Source: Psammoneis japonica (lineage: Eukaryota). From it: DNA of 56,737 bases. Where the stretch lies: positions 615,598 to 672,334 of the forward strand of contig QPGO01000028.1 in NCBI GenBank assembly GCA_008632985.1, given 5' to 3'. Below are positions 1-11,800 of this stretch, piece after piece; positions within the stretch are counted from its first letter, which is position 1; each line of letters starts with the position of its first letter. Under the pieces are notes generated by a model, which ran no database searches, was not told where the DNA came from, and saw only the letters and a list, made by a program, of their open reading frames with translations. A program made the translations under genes and the position numbers.

Positions 1-291
1 GGTGGTGATCGCAATTGCTTTAACCAGTTTTTTGCAACTTCTCTCGTGTCGCTTGAAATTTGAGTGTTGTTTTTGTTTTGTTGTTTCTTTTCGTCATGCA
101 ACGTGCTAATCCATTGTACAGACGAAATAATGCTGGGTGGTGATTTTCTTCTCCAAGCACCAACTCCGAAACTGCAAACGCAACTTCGATCAAGAGTCCA
201 TCGGATCATAAGTCTTCCTCTCATTATAGTTGACATTGTTGTTGCTTTCAGCACCTTTTTAAAGGGCGATCGACTGTGAAAATGAAATGAG

Positions 292-620
292 CACTTTCAC
301 TACTACAAATTGCAAGACAATTGCGCGATTCACGTGCCCGAAGGTGGAATATCGTTGCCCGAAGCAACATTCTCCCTTCGCGCAGATGTCATTTCTACGT
401 ATGATGTGGTATCAAAATTTTCATTTTGGTCGTCTAAATCGTCCCAGTCATTTCATCAAATGACCTTGTGGTACTCTCCTACGTGATCTACGCAAATCGG
501 AGCTTCGGGCTGGCTGGTACATTTTCTACAGGCTCTACGTGCGCGAAGCTCGAATTTCAACAATCACCCTTCGGGCACGTGAATCGCGCAATTGTCTTGC
601 AATTCGTAGTAATAAACGTG
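292..620. mobile_element. Possible MITE or foldback element with ~53-bp imperfect terminal inverted repeats
   Basis: 292-344 (cactttcactactacaaattgcaagacaattgcgcgattcacgtgcccgaagg) is the reverse complement of 568-620 with a few mismatches. No convincing TSD. Confidence 0.5.
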
Positions 621-920
621 AAGAGGAAGAAAGCGTTGAGAAGCGCGATCCAAAGGCGGGCGCGCGAGATTTGAAGATTTGATGCCAACACGTACGTGTT
701 TTCCTCGTAGAAGTTGCCGTACGATGACGTCCTCGTACTAAATTTACGTAGAATCTGCTGTGTAGCCCTCTTCACCGCACGTTTTCAACGCGACGTTTTT
801 GCGCGGGAAGACGATACGTGATCAACTTTTTTTTTCTCGTGACGACGGCTCACTCTTTTGTGTGATTGATTGGGGTCCGCTCATTATCTCTCTCTCTTGT
901 CAGGCGACGTTGTTGCAGCA

Positions 921-2033
921 ATGGTATGTATCAAATCCATACGTATTGGTGCCTAGTTCGTGGCGAGAACTTAAGGAACGAAACTGGCAAAGGTTTGTAC
1001 TTTCTTTTCGCGTCGCACCTCCGCGATGAATCAAAGCTGATTGATGTGTGATCCTGAAGAGTGTACCGTGATGGTTGACGCTGTGACGTTCATCATGCAG
1101 TAAAAAGGCAGAGTAATGCTCAACTTCTGTTTCTTTCCTCGTACAGTCGAACTTTTTCGCGGCGTTGGATGACTCGGGAGATGAAGGGGAGAAAAGGATT
1201 ACCAAGCCAGCCGCCAAGAAAAAGGTTGAGGTAGTTGAACCTTCCAAGCCCGATCGTAGGTAAGAATCTTAAACACGAATCAAAATACACTGCAAGACTT
1301 GACTTGACTTATGTGCTGTGTCTTCAACTCTTATTTGAAATTAGAAAACAACCAAACCATGGCGATCGCAACACAAAGGGCGGTCGCGGTGGTCGTGCCC
1401 CACCCGTGAAGGCAAGCGTGCCTACGATCGTCGTTCTGGAACGGGACGTGGTAAGGAAATCAAAAAGGGTGGCGGTGGTGCACGAAACTGGGGAAACGAC
1501 AAGGCTGATGCTCGCAAGATGGAAGGTGCCATTGATGAAGAAGCAAAGAACAACAACAACAAAAGCTCAGAAGAAGCAAACGAAGAAGAAGAAAAGGAAC
1601 CAGAAGTTGTAGTAGAAGACAAGACATTTCGTATGAAGAGTTCATGGCAAACAAGGAGAAACCGAAATCGGACGCCTTTGCTAGTATCCAAGTCCGTGAG
1701 GTCGAGAATGAGTTTGCAAATTTGAAGACAGCCTCCAAAGGTGACCAAGAGGATTTCCTAGTCATGGGCGGCGGCAAACAGAAACGCACGCGAGAAAAGA
1801 AGGAGGGCAAAAAGACGGTTGAATCTGGATTTAAGGTGGCCGCCTCAACACCTCAGTCTCAAGACAGAAGAGGAGGTCGACGAGACGGCGGTGATCGGCG
1901 TGACCGCCGAGGTGGTGGCGGAAACCGGCGCGATAACCGAGGGCGTGACAGTGGACGCGGTGGAGGCCGTGGTGGTGGACAAAAGAAGGCTTCTGTCGAC
2001 GTGGCTGATACCAATGCCTTTCCATCTCTTTAA
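921..2033 (+). CDS. Hyaluronan/mRNA-binding family protein (SERBP1/HABP4/Stm1-like), spliced
   Basis: ATG 921-923, GT-AG introns 924-1146 and 1260-1344. Reads MSNFFAALDDS..., GKRAYDRRSGTGRGKEIKKGGGGARNWG, SYEEFM, an RGG-rich tract and the terminal DTNAFPSL. Needs two 1-nt frame corrections (~1404, ~1630), both in short homopolymers. Confidence 0.85.
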
Positions 2034-2245
2034 AGCTACTTTACATGGGTAGGATTTGGAGTGATTCTGTTGTTTTCGTTTGATGGGTGGAGCTATTGTA
2101 GAATGCAAAAGGTGGAGGATTTTTGATCATTCTAACGCAGCATACTACTGCTATGCAACATACAATGATACGGCGCATTGCATACGGTAATCAGTGAATA
2201 TCTATAAGTTTGTTGGTTGCAGCAATCAGGAAGTACTCTTTCGCT

Positions 2246-3175
2246 TTACTCCAATCCCTGTTGACGTAAAAACTGCGGGTCAAACTTCTTGACACCTTCA
2301 ATATCCAGAGATTCCTTCACTGACTTGTGTACCCAGAGTGTCTCTCTCCACCGCGACAAGCGCATAATTTTCTCATACCCATACTGTTCAAAAATATGCC
2401 TAATGCCCGCTGTAGGTCGCTCCACGGTCAGGACCGAAATGGTGTACTTTTCAAGCGGAAATGCCTGCAAGATGAATTCCTCGGCTCCCTCTACGTCCAG
2501 CGAGACGTAATCGATATGACGAGGAGCGTCATAGCGCTCAAAAATCTCCTCCAGAGTCACTGTATACCTCAGTAAGGAATTTCGCTGCCAACGCGGTCCG
2601 TTATCAAAGCCGTTTCCGGCAATACCTCCGTGATCACCCGCTTCAAAACGAAAATGGACTTCATCCATCGTTTTATTCCCCACCACCGCAGCAACCACTT
2701 GACAATCACGGTACGTAAGATTGGACCAATAGACTGGATTGGGTTCAATACAAATACCGCTCCAGCCAAAACGCTTCTCCAAAGCAAACGTGTTGGAAAA
2801 CACCGTGGCGTCATTTGCTGCCAAATCGACAAAGTACCCATTTGTCTTGCCTCGAAACAAGGTATGGACCACTTCATCCTGATGCACTTGAGAATACCAA
2901 ACTCGAGTTTCATTTTCTAATGGCAAGTGTGTGGAATTTCCATAGAAAACATCGATCGAGTGCCAACCGTCGTTTTTCTTTTTCAAGTTTTCCTTCAAGA
3001 GATGAGCTTCACGTGGGGCATTCTGCAGAGGATCGTTTCGTAGTACTTCCAGTGGAGTCGTCGTCGTCATTAGACCTCGCAAGATTCCCAACAAGTATCC
3101 CGAGACAAAGGCAATGGAAATCACCAGTACGGATAGTGTTGTGTGACGTGCGCTGGCCCTTCGAGAGAACATCAT
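2246..3175 (-). CDS. FkbM/Methyltransf_21-family SAM-dependent methyltransferase with N-terminal membrane anchor
   Basis: Motifs YSQVHQD, GYFVDLAAND, SNT, WSGICIEPN and IDYVSLDVEGAE; hydrophobic N-terminal helix. Confidence 0.88.
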   Translation of the reverse strand: MMFSRRASARHTTLSVLVISIAFVSGYLLGILRGLMTTTTPLEVLRNDPLQNAPREAHLLKENLKKKNDGWHSIDVFYGNSTHLPLENETRVWYSQVHQDEVVHTLFRGKTNGYFVDLAANDATVFSNTFALEKRFGWSGICIEPNPVYWSNLTYRDCQVVAAVVGNKTMDEVHFRFEAGDHGGIAGNGFDNGPRWQRNSLLRYTVTLEEIFERYDAPRHIDYVSLDVEGAEEFILQAFPLEKYTISVLTVERPTAGIRHIFEQYGYEKIMRLSRWRETLWVHKSVKESLDIEGVKKFDPQFLRQQGLE

Positions 3176-3551
3176 GGTTGGTCGTTGAATTGTGACGGAT
3201 CAATTTTGTTCGTTAGATCTCATATATACGTCATTGAACTTGTATATCTTTATTCAGCTTTGAAATTTCACCGACAGCTCAGCGCACCAAACCCCATCGG
3301 TGAAAATGGAAATGTCGTTATGACTGTGACATTTCACCCAAGATATCACAGTCATTCCAATAAATCTAACATTTGCCAGATCGGATGCCCAAGACGTGGA
3401 CAAATGTCGTATCGTCTCGCGTGGATCCTGCTTGCAACCTTGAAGTTCACCACCTCACGAAAGCCTTGGCTGAAAAGATGTTGTTCACTTTTTCGTATCT
3501 TTGAATCTTTTGCCAGAGGAAGCCATTGTAGCAAAACGAAGTGCATTAACA

Positions 3552-4382
3552 ATGGCGTCCGCCGACGAAGAAACACCGCTGAACCGCAATAATGGAGGAG
3601 GAGTCGAGAGGAAGGTGTCCTACCGAGTCAACATCGAAACGTTCCGTTGTTTTGGTATGGTCGCCACCATTGTGCTCTTGACGATTGGAAAGTTTGTCAC
3701 GGAAAACTTTGTGCATTGGCCGGATCCGGACAAGCCGTTTGATGCCACCAAAACGTACATTTATGAGTTGTTCCATTTCAACCATACGTGTACTGTCCTC
3801 GATTTTAATCCCTCGAGGACCATCTCCGCCCTGGTGGTGGTCTTGGCGATCATTCCGTTGGATATCTTTGTGATTCTCAACTACTTCCGCATGGAAGATG
3901 ACTACAAACAGAAACAGATTAATCGTGCCCTCTTGATTTTCAACCGGGTCATCACACCGATTCAGCTCGTCTGCTTCACCTTTTTCTACATGGTCTTTGT
4001 CAACCCACCCATGGACAAAGGATCCTTCATCCTCCACTACATCCCCTTTATGCTCTGGCAAACTGGTTTGATTCTTTGTGCCATCCAGCAAGTTCACTAT
4101 CTTATTCAAAGGGATCATGTGCCCTTCAACATTCCCAAGTTTTGGCTCAACGTTTACTGGTGGATCGTTGTATTGATGGGAATCTACTACACGTACTTTG
4201 TTTGGTCCTTCATCTTGGAACGCCCAGCCTTGAACACAAAGGAACCGGCTCAGCTTGCTATTGCCAAGGTAATTATGTACACGTTCCTCATCATTTCCGA
4301 GATCGTCCCAGCAATCTTTGCCTATGTGGAGAGCAGGAATCCGGAGATCGCAATCGGCATTATCGAGTTTACTACATTCTAA
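3552..4382 (+). CDS. Multi-pass membrane protein of unknown function
   Basis: Uninterrupted ORF from ATG 3552 with about six hydrophobic segments and gene-like codon usage. Confidence 0.8.
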   Translation: MASADEETPLNRNNGGGVERKVSYRVNIETFRCFGMVATIVLLTIGKFVTENFVHWPDPDKPFDATKTYIYELFHFNHTCTVLDFNPSRTISALVVVLAIIPLDIFVILNYFRMEDDYKQKQINRALLIFNRVITPIQLVCFTFFYMVFVNPPMDKGSFILHYIPFMLWQTGLILCAIQQVHYLIQRDHVPFNIPKFWLNVYWWIVVLMGIYYTYFVWSFILERPALNTKEPAQLAIAKVIMYTFLIISEIVPAIFAYVESRNPEIAIGIIEFTTF

Positions 4383-5024
4383 TACCGCACGGAAGCGGCA
4401 TAGTTTCCCTGACCGTTATCGAGAGGCTGTTTCGCATCAAACTATAGCTACAGCAGTTCATGTCAACAGTAGCCAAGGCTAATCTCAAGGTACTATTTAG
4501 AGCTAGGTTACATACACCCAACAGTACTCATAGGTTGCTCCGAATGTAAGTGTAGTAGGTTCTAGAGAGAATAGCGTTGTAGCCAGCTCGCCCTCGTCAT
4601 GATTGGTTGGCTGGAATCCTGTGTTGAGACTCATTCGCCGTCTAGCTATCTCGCTTCCTCTCTGTATTAGTTATTTGAAATGTGTGAGATATTATATACT
4701 AGTACTACCACTAGCGAGAAGAGTGCAAGTAGGCCTTCTAGTGACCTTACGAAGCAATTGAACACCACTGCCGAGCTGGAAAAGACCTTGGAAAGGCGTT
4801 CGTCACCGCCACTCGCTTTTTAGAAAAAAGTAGCACGACTAAAAGAAAAGATTCGGTTCTGGTATGTTCTTTGTAGAATTCTACGAAACAAATCTCCCGC
4901 ATGCTGTAGACCCACAGCTTACAGACCTCCCAAGCCGGGAGTGGACCCACAGTAATACAACGAGCAACGAGACACTCTCATCTCAAGTTCGAAAGTCATC
5001 AGTTCTCAATCTCTCTTAACCATC

Positions 5025-6408
5025 ATGACGGTCGACTACGCTGCCATTGACAAGGCGATCCGCGCTTGCGAAACTGCTGATGACGCTGTCTCAGTTTACG
5101 TTTACAATGCATCGTATGAATCATGTCTCGATCGACTCGAAGAAGCGCAAATGGACCAAGTACCGATTGAGGCTTGGGCCGAAGCCTGGGCTCGGTCGTT
5201 GACCAAGAAGGAGGCTGACGCGGTGCAGTTGAACAAGGATCGAAAGGTTGCACTACTGCTTCTCTATCGATTGTGTGACTTGAAGAATGAAAACAAAATT
5301 ACCAACGACGACATTGTTAAGAAATTCCGTCAGGAACGTATCCAGCGAATTTTGAGGCTTTGTTTGGTGATGGACCGCGCCAATGCTCTATACAATATGG
5401 TGCATGCCAATAAGCGTGGGATGCACTGGTTTGCCAAGCGAAATACAGCACAAGAAAAGCAAGCCGCCGGAATTCCAGAGGATTATGATGGAGGGCACAT
5501 GCTAAATCGCCGTATACTTGAGCTTTGCGATATTTCAGAACTCGAGCTCTTGCAAGACCCTGATTTCGCAAGGTGGATCAAACCGGCAGTATCTAACATG
5601 CGTCTGGAGGAAAGTACCGGCGTAGCCAAGATGCCTGAGACGGATAATGAAGAAGGTACGACACTGAACTAGAATTTGCTTATAATGTGTTTCATGCTAC
5701 TTTTTCTAACATGTTTTTGAATTCTTCTTGAAAGGCACAAAGGACGCCAGCCATCCCAGCATGTGGTCCATTTCCTATACACAGCTCGTCGAGTTCCACC
5801 AAGAGGCATCCAAAAAGTTTGGAGAGAAATATGGCAAAATGACAATGCATGACATTACCGATAAAATGATTCGTCCTCGTTGTCAACAAGAGGAGAAGTC
5901 GTACGCCTTACACCTTAATCCAAGTGGCTTGAAGCTGGACGTCTTTGTCACTCATGCCTGGAACGAGCCCTTTGGGCAGTTTGTTGAGTCCCTCATTCGA
6001 GTGCTTGCCCCCGCCTACAAGAAACCCAACCTGTGGATTTGCTCCTTTGCGTTAAATCAAGCCGACCCAGATCGTCTTGAACAAGAGCTTACGGAAAGCC
6101 CACTGTCGGACGCACCGTTTGTCAAGGCACTGAAAGATGCCAAGCGATATGTGGTGGCTCGCAATGGCAACACGGACGTGTTTACTCGCATCTGGTGCGT
6201 GTGCGAAGTAATGTACGCCAAGCACTTTGATCTCATTCCCGATCGCACCGACGTGACTGGTCCCGGAGCCACCTCCAAAAAGAAAATCACTTGCATGGAT
6301 GCCAAGGCGAAGATTCCCAAGGACAGAGACAAGATCATCAAAGAGCTTCTCAATGATCACAGCCGTGAGGGAATTGATGATTTCATCAATGATTTCCGAT
6401 TGCACTAG
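5025..6408 (+). CDS. Two-exon protein with C-terminal HET/TIR-like domain
   Basis: Phase-1 GT-AG intron 5656-5734 joins ORF 5025-5672 to ORF 5728-6408 in frame. Motifs FVTHAW, LWICSFALNQ and FTRIWCVCE parallel the HET-domain S-x-x-W, WID..CINQ and R-x-W-x-x-x-E motifs. Confidence 0.7.
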
Positions 6409-7666
6409 AGCAGTTGGCAATTGTGTGCAGCATGTTCGTTCTTTATGTGCATTTTTTCACGAGGAAACACAAGCCCGGCAACTCGTAAAAGAGACTTGAA
6501 ACTTCTCTGGGTAGACAGGAGATTCATTGCCAAGGGGGGAATCGTCGATGCAGGTTCTTAAACGTGCACCAAGCCCTGCCCTGGCAGAGACAACACAGGG
6601 AGCACATCTCTGAAGAAGCTGCTGTAATTTAGAACACAACTCGTGACAGATGCTCCCCTTGTTGTTGTAGACGCGAGGGAATCAGGCCTTTGCCACATTT
6701 TCCCTGCGATCCCGCACGCATTCTAAATTGCACCGGACATGCAGTGTCTTAAAACCTTGGGCTGTTGTGGCTTTTCGCTCTCAGCCAGATGGCTTGGATG
6801 AGGCATTTGCGAACTGGCATGAGAATCTTCTGTGAGTCTTGAGTGATTCAAAATTCAGGTGTGCCAGTGAAGGCCAGGTGGCAAGCAGTTTGTCAGTGTT
6901 GAAGAAGAGTTGGGCTGCCCTGGTTTAGGGTGTGAGTTTGCAGTGGCTGGAACTTCTTGCTTTCAGTTTTTTGTGCAAGGGGACATGGAAGGGAGTCACA
7001 GTCACGATTGGGTGGGCATTGGAAAATTTTGAGGGGTCAATGCTGAGGCTGGAGCATGGGCTGAGAAGTGTCTGGTGGCAGCTGCAGAGCCAGCAGGTGC
7101 ACACTTGGTGTTGCCATCATGGATTGGAAAACCTTGTTGCTTTGGAGCTCCTGGGTTTGAGCTTGGGAGGAATGCTGGCTGTTGTTTGGTTGGTGTTGAG
7201 GTTGCTCCTGCACAATTTTCACTTGGAGCTGAAACAGGCAGGCCTGCTGAGCTTGCCAAGTCTTGGTTGGCAGGTGACAAATGTCCAGCAAAAGTGGGAC
7301 AAGACCATTTTGTGTGGATGTCCATCTTCTCAAGTCGCCAGCTTGATGGCAACAATGCGGCCCCAAGTGTTGGCCTTCTGTGGTGCTCATTGAGACAATG
7401 AGACTTGAGCAGCAAGCAACTCACTTGAATTATCCATTTGTGAAAAGCACTGGCCTTGATCTGACAACCCCAAAACACGGACAGTGTTTGTCCATTTTCT
7501 CAGCATTTTGTGAAGCTGTTTCTCAACCAGGTCATTGTCAACAGCATCCGCAGCTTTCAATGTCAGCATTGTGCTCTCACACACATGCACCACACAGTTG
7601 TGAGTTGGCACTGAGCCTGGGCCAAGCTTTTGCCTTGCATCATCTTGGGTGACACACCCCCTGGAA

Positions 7667-8232
7667 GACGTGTTCCAGCCGCACGTGACCCAAATCGTGC
7701 ACAAAAACGACATTTGCGCGATTTTTGCGCGGTCTCTGACTTACGAACGGTTTTTCACCACCAAAAGTATAGATTTATTCAAATTCTAATGTTTTGCAAC
7801 ACTAACAAGACTCGTGTGAGTGTTGCAAAATCATTGTTATTGTGCCATCAATGTTTTTCATTGCGATAAACGAATCGTAACACAACGGATGATTTTCGGC
7901 GAAATTATTGCCGTTATTTGGATGTTAACTAAATATATCTTTCTACGATGGTATTTAGTATATTTGCTACTTACAAAGAAATTTACGTATAAAAAGTACG
8001 GACGTACAATCAGTATTGAGTCTACTGAGGAAGTTTATGATACATATCCCATGAGGAATTTGATACCCCACAAAAAACTATTTAATTCTTCATAATTATT
8101 CACACTCTAGACGCCTATAAAAGCCAATCCGTTTAAGTATTTTATATGAAAATACTTCATACACTAATATATACATGCCTTATATTCAAAATCGATTGTC
8201 GTTTTGTGTGTCACCTGGGACTGGAACACGTC
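7667..8232. mobile_element. Non-autonomous DNA transposon (MITE), 566 bp
   Basis: Perfect 12-bp TIR gacgtgttccag / ctggaacacgtc, extending to 23 bp with 3 mismatches. 4-bp TSD GGAA at 7663-7666 and 8233-8236. AT-rich non-coding interior. Confidence 0.85.
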
Positions 8233-8606
8233 GGAACTCTGTCAAATGATGCATCAATTCAAGAGTCTCTCTTTTTCTTGATGCCAAGCTGTGGTGTGTT
8301 GCCCTTGTTTTTGAGTTGTGTGATAAAAGGGAGTCACCTTGCAGCTTGGGTCTGGCTGGGTGCATGGATTGTCTTGTCACAGGGTGCTCATGTCTTGTGT
8401 TTGTCCTTTTTGGAGGCTGCCAAATTCTCTTGTGAATGACGGTGGCAAATGACAGTGTTGCTCAACTTGGGCTCTGTCATGTGCACTTGGGATTTCTTGG
8501 ACTTTGCAGTGCATGCTTCCCTTTTTTGTTTCCTTGGATCTGATTTCAGCTGCTGATGTCTTCCTTGCCATCTCTGATTTGCCCTTGAAAAAGATGGCAG
8601 CTGTGC

Positions 8607-8882
8607 TGACAGAAATTGAAGGCAAATGGCAAGAATTCAAACAACAACTCCTCACTGCTGTCTAAACAGCAGATGAGTCTCCGCTCAGAGACCGTCACAG
8701 GAGCCGAAAGACGTGTGAGTCGGCACAATCGGGCTACTGTCATCATTCTTGTGAGCCTTGTGGCTCGAAAGCAAACTACATCGCGCGTGAACGCGCGGAA
8801 CTAAAGCACACAAAACTGTGCGCGGTAAACTAAACAGTGCGCGATGCTTCATGCGCATCCAAATCCTGTTCAAATCCTGTCA
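8607..8882 (-). repeat. 3' LTR of family A copy 1
   Basis: Direct repeat of 15444-15719. I count 14 differences, all transitions. Confidence 0.95.
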
Positions 8883-11800
8883 CTCCCCAGTTTGCTTGAG
8901 GAGCCACAGAAACAGATTCGACTTCGGATGGAATGAAGTTCCAGAACATGAGGGGGCGGAGAAGGTCCCAGATTTGGGAGTGACCCCAATGCTTGCTGAG
9001 AATGTCAGCAGGGTTGCGGGAGCCTTCGATGAAGTGGAACTCAAGGTGACCAGAGGCAATTGCCTCACGCACACGGTGGAACGATGGTGTGGTGTGTCGC
9101 TTGTGTAACTTGGAGTGCGGGATGGTGGCACTGTCTACAACCGACTTGTTGTCACCGAACATGTAACCAATGTTACGGATCGGGACGCCAAGGCAGCGCA
9201 GGGTGATGCGCAGGTCGACAATCTGCTCAACACAAGTCCTTGCGGCAACAAATTCAGACCCGCAGGTTGCAGTCTCCACGGTGGCTTGTTTCTTAGAGAA
9301 CCAATCAGCCGGGAATTTGTTGAGGAAGTGGAGCATTCCCATGACAGAGCGTCCGGTGAGCATGCAATGGTGCAAGTTTGCATCGACGCAGTGGGTGGCA
9401 GTGACGAACTTGCCAAGGGGCGGTGGAGCGTCCTTCGGGATCATCTCTTCTGCTTCACCACACACGGAATGCATCCATTCATGGGCCGGAGCAGGGAGAT
9501 CCGAACAGTCGGGCTCTTCCGTGCGAACGCAGAGAGCACCGTGTCGCATCTTGGAGAGGCACCCACAGACGCGTTTGGCACGGTCCAAGTGGCCTTGACG
9601 GGGTGCAGCTCGGAAGCTAGAGAGTGACATGATGGCCGTGGCAATGTCAATTCGACCAAGGGACACTGCCCATTGGAGTGAACCAACAAGAGACTGGAAC
9701 TTGTGAATGCCATCGGGTCCCAGCAGTTCGGAAGTGTCCAGTTCGGGGTGGTCACCCTTCTCCAGAGGTGACAGGGTGTTGGTGGCAGGTTTCTCCCCAA
9801 ACAGTCGGGCATGGCTGTCGACCATGCGCTCGATGTACTTGCGCGGAGACAGGCACAAGGTTCCGTCGGGTTCCCGGGAAAAGTCGCAACCCAGATGGAA
9901 CTCAATGGGTCCCGCACCCTTGAGCTTGAACTTGTGATTTTCCGTGAGAGTGTCGACGAAAGATTGAGGGTCCTTCATGGCAATGGCGAGGTCATCCACA
10001 TAAACGGCAATGCACCCACAGTGGTCGCCGTTCCTGCGCATCCAAATGTCGGGTTCGGCGCGGCAGGGGAAGAAGCCTTCAGCTCGCAGGCAGTCGGCGA
10101 AGCGCTCGTGCCAGCGGAGACCGGAGCTGCGCAGTCCATGCAGTGCCTTGTGGATGACAAGGATGTGTCCTTCGAGTTTGCCGAACTCGGGTCCAGCTAC
10201 AATGTAAAGCTTCTCCTTGGTGGTGGCTTCAAGGCAGGCATTGCCAATGTCGGTGGCCCATGTCTCCAACTCGTTGAGTTCGGCCAGGAAAATCATCAGC
10301 CGAAGGCCACGGAGGGAGACTGCTCCGGAGTGGACACTGTCGACAGGTGCGTCCGTGAGGTGCCTGTCGGCTACGAGTCGTGCCTTGTGGCGACCGTCGT
10401 GTTTCACGTCGTACACTGGGTGCACTCGGATCTTCTTGTGTCCCGCAGGAGGAGTGGAAGACTTGAAGGGCCCGCAGTCATGGAAGACTTCGCATTCGTC
10501 GAGTTGGTCCATCTCGAGATTAGTTGTGTCTCCCCACTTGCGGTTGCCGTTGCGTTCGTCTAGTGACATGGCGTGTTCGTAGTTCCGGGGAACTTCGCAT
10601 CCATGCTTGCAGCGAGGTGCAGTGCGGAAGGAGCGAAGCTTGGCTTGGTTGGCCATGCGAAATAGCTTCTTTTGGCGCCTCGCGATGGTGCGGAACCGCT
10701 TCCAGCCATCCGTGTCGAGGAGTCCGTTCTCTCGTGCATAGATGGCACAGGTGACGGGGTCGTCCTTGGCGATGATGGCAAGAGGCTCGGACGTGATCTC
10801 CCCACTTTCCCATTCAAGCATGATGTTGTAGCTGGAGCCTTTCCAGGTTGGGTCGTGAGGCTTCAGAGGTCCTTCGTGCGACACGATGCGTCGAAATTTC
10901 CAAACAGTGGCATCTTCGTCTTCTTGCTCAATGTGATTCATGATGTCATTGCAGGCAAGGACTTCCTCGTATTCGTCATTGTTGACAGAGCAGACGAACT
11001 CAGTGAGCTCGGGATTGCCGTTCACTTTCCATTCGTGGTCTTCGACGGCCTTGACGATGCGAGCTCTGTGGCGTTGTCCGTCCTCTTGTGGCTGCATGAG
11101 GAAGGTACGTCCAATGATGTCTTGCGGATCGAAAACTGGCATCTTGGGTGTCCTGATCTCCCCATCAGGAGAGTCGACAGGGTTGTCGTCATGGCGAGAT
11201 TTGATGATGGGTTCAGGTGGCTCCCCATCAGGAGGATCAAGACGCAGGTTTCGAGCGGCAGGATCGGGGGTAGCGGAGCGGACGTTGGACCGGCGGAGGA
11301 TCTTCTGAGTCTCGTCAGATAGAATCTTGAAGGTCATCTGGTGGCCGACGTGCTCAGCAATGCCAACGAAGCGCCCACGCAACTCACGGGATTCGGACGG
11401 CCAATCGGAGTCATCGAGGTGGAAGCACACGGGTTCCCACCAATGAAAGCGAAGCAACGGGCTGATGTCCGGGGTGGAGCCAGTGAGAGTCTCGAGGGGC
11501 GTGCGCCAGTGGAGACGTGGGGACGCTGCATGGTTGAGCATGAAGCACACGCACATGAGCACCAGCAGCCATGTGTGGGCGGGCGAACCAAAACGATCCA
11601 TGACAGTGTTCGCCATGCGCTTCACGGTCTGGTGTCGACATTCGGCAAAGTTTTGGTGTTGCTGGTGAGGCTCACTTTGCCAGCTAGAGATGAAGAGGGC
11701 GCGCAGGATCCCGAGCACTTTGTTGCTGATCTCAACTTGAGCACGGTCGCTAATGAGTTTGGATGGGGCACCACGTTCACGGATCTGATCCTCGAGTGTG

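Noticed and set aside
1345..2033. Programmed frameshifting or pseudogenisation of the SERBP1-like gene (also the 19-20 kb gene)
   Set aside because: The 1-nt shifts fall in short homopolymers of otherwise conserved genes. Long-read indel errors are the simpler explanation.
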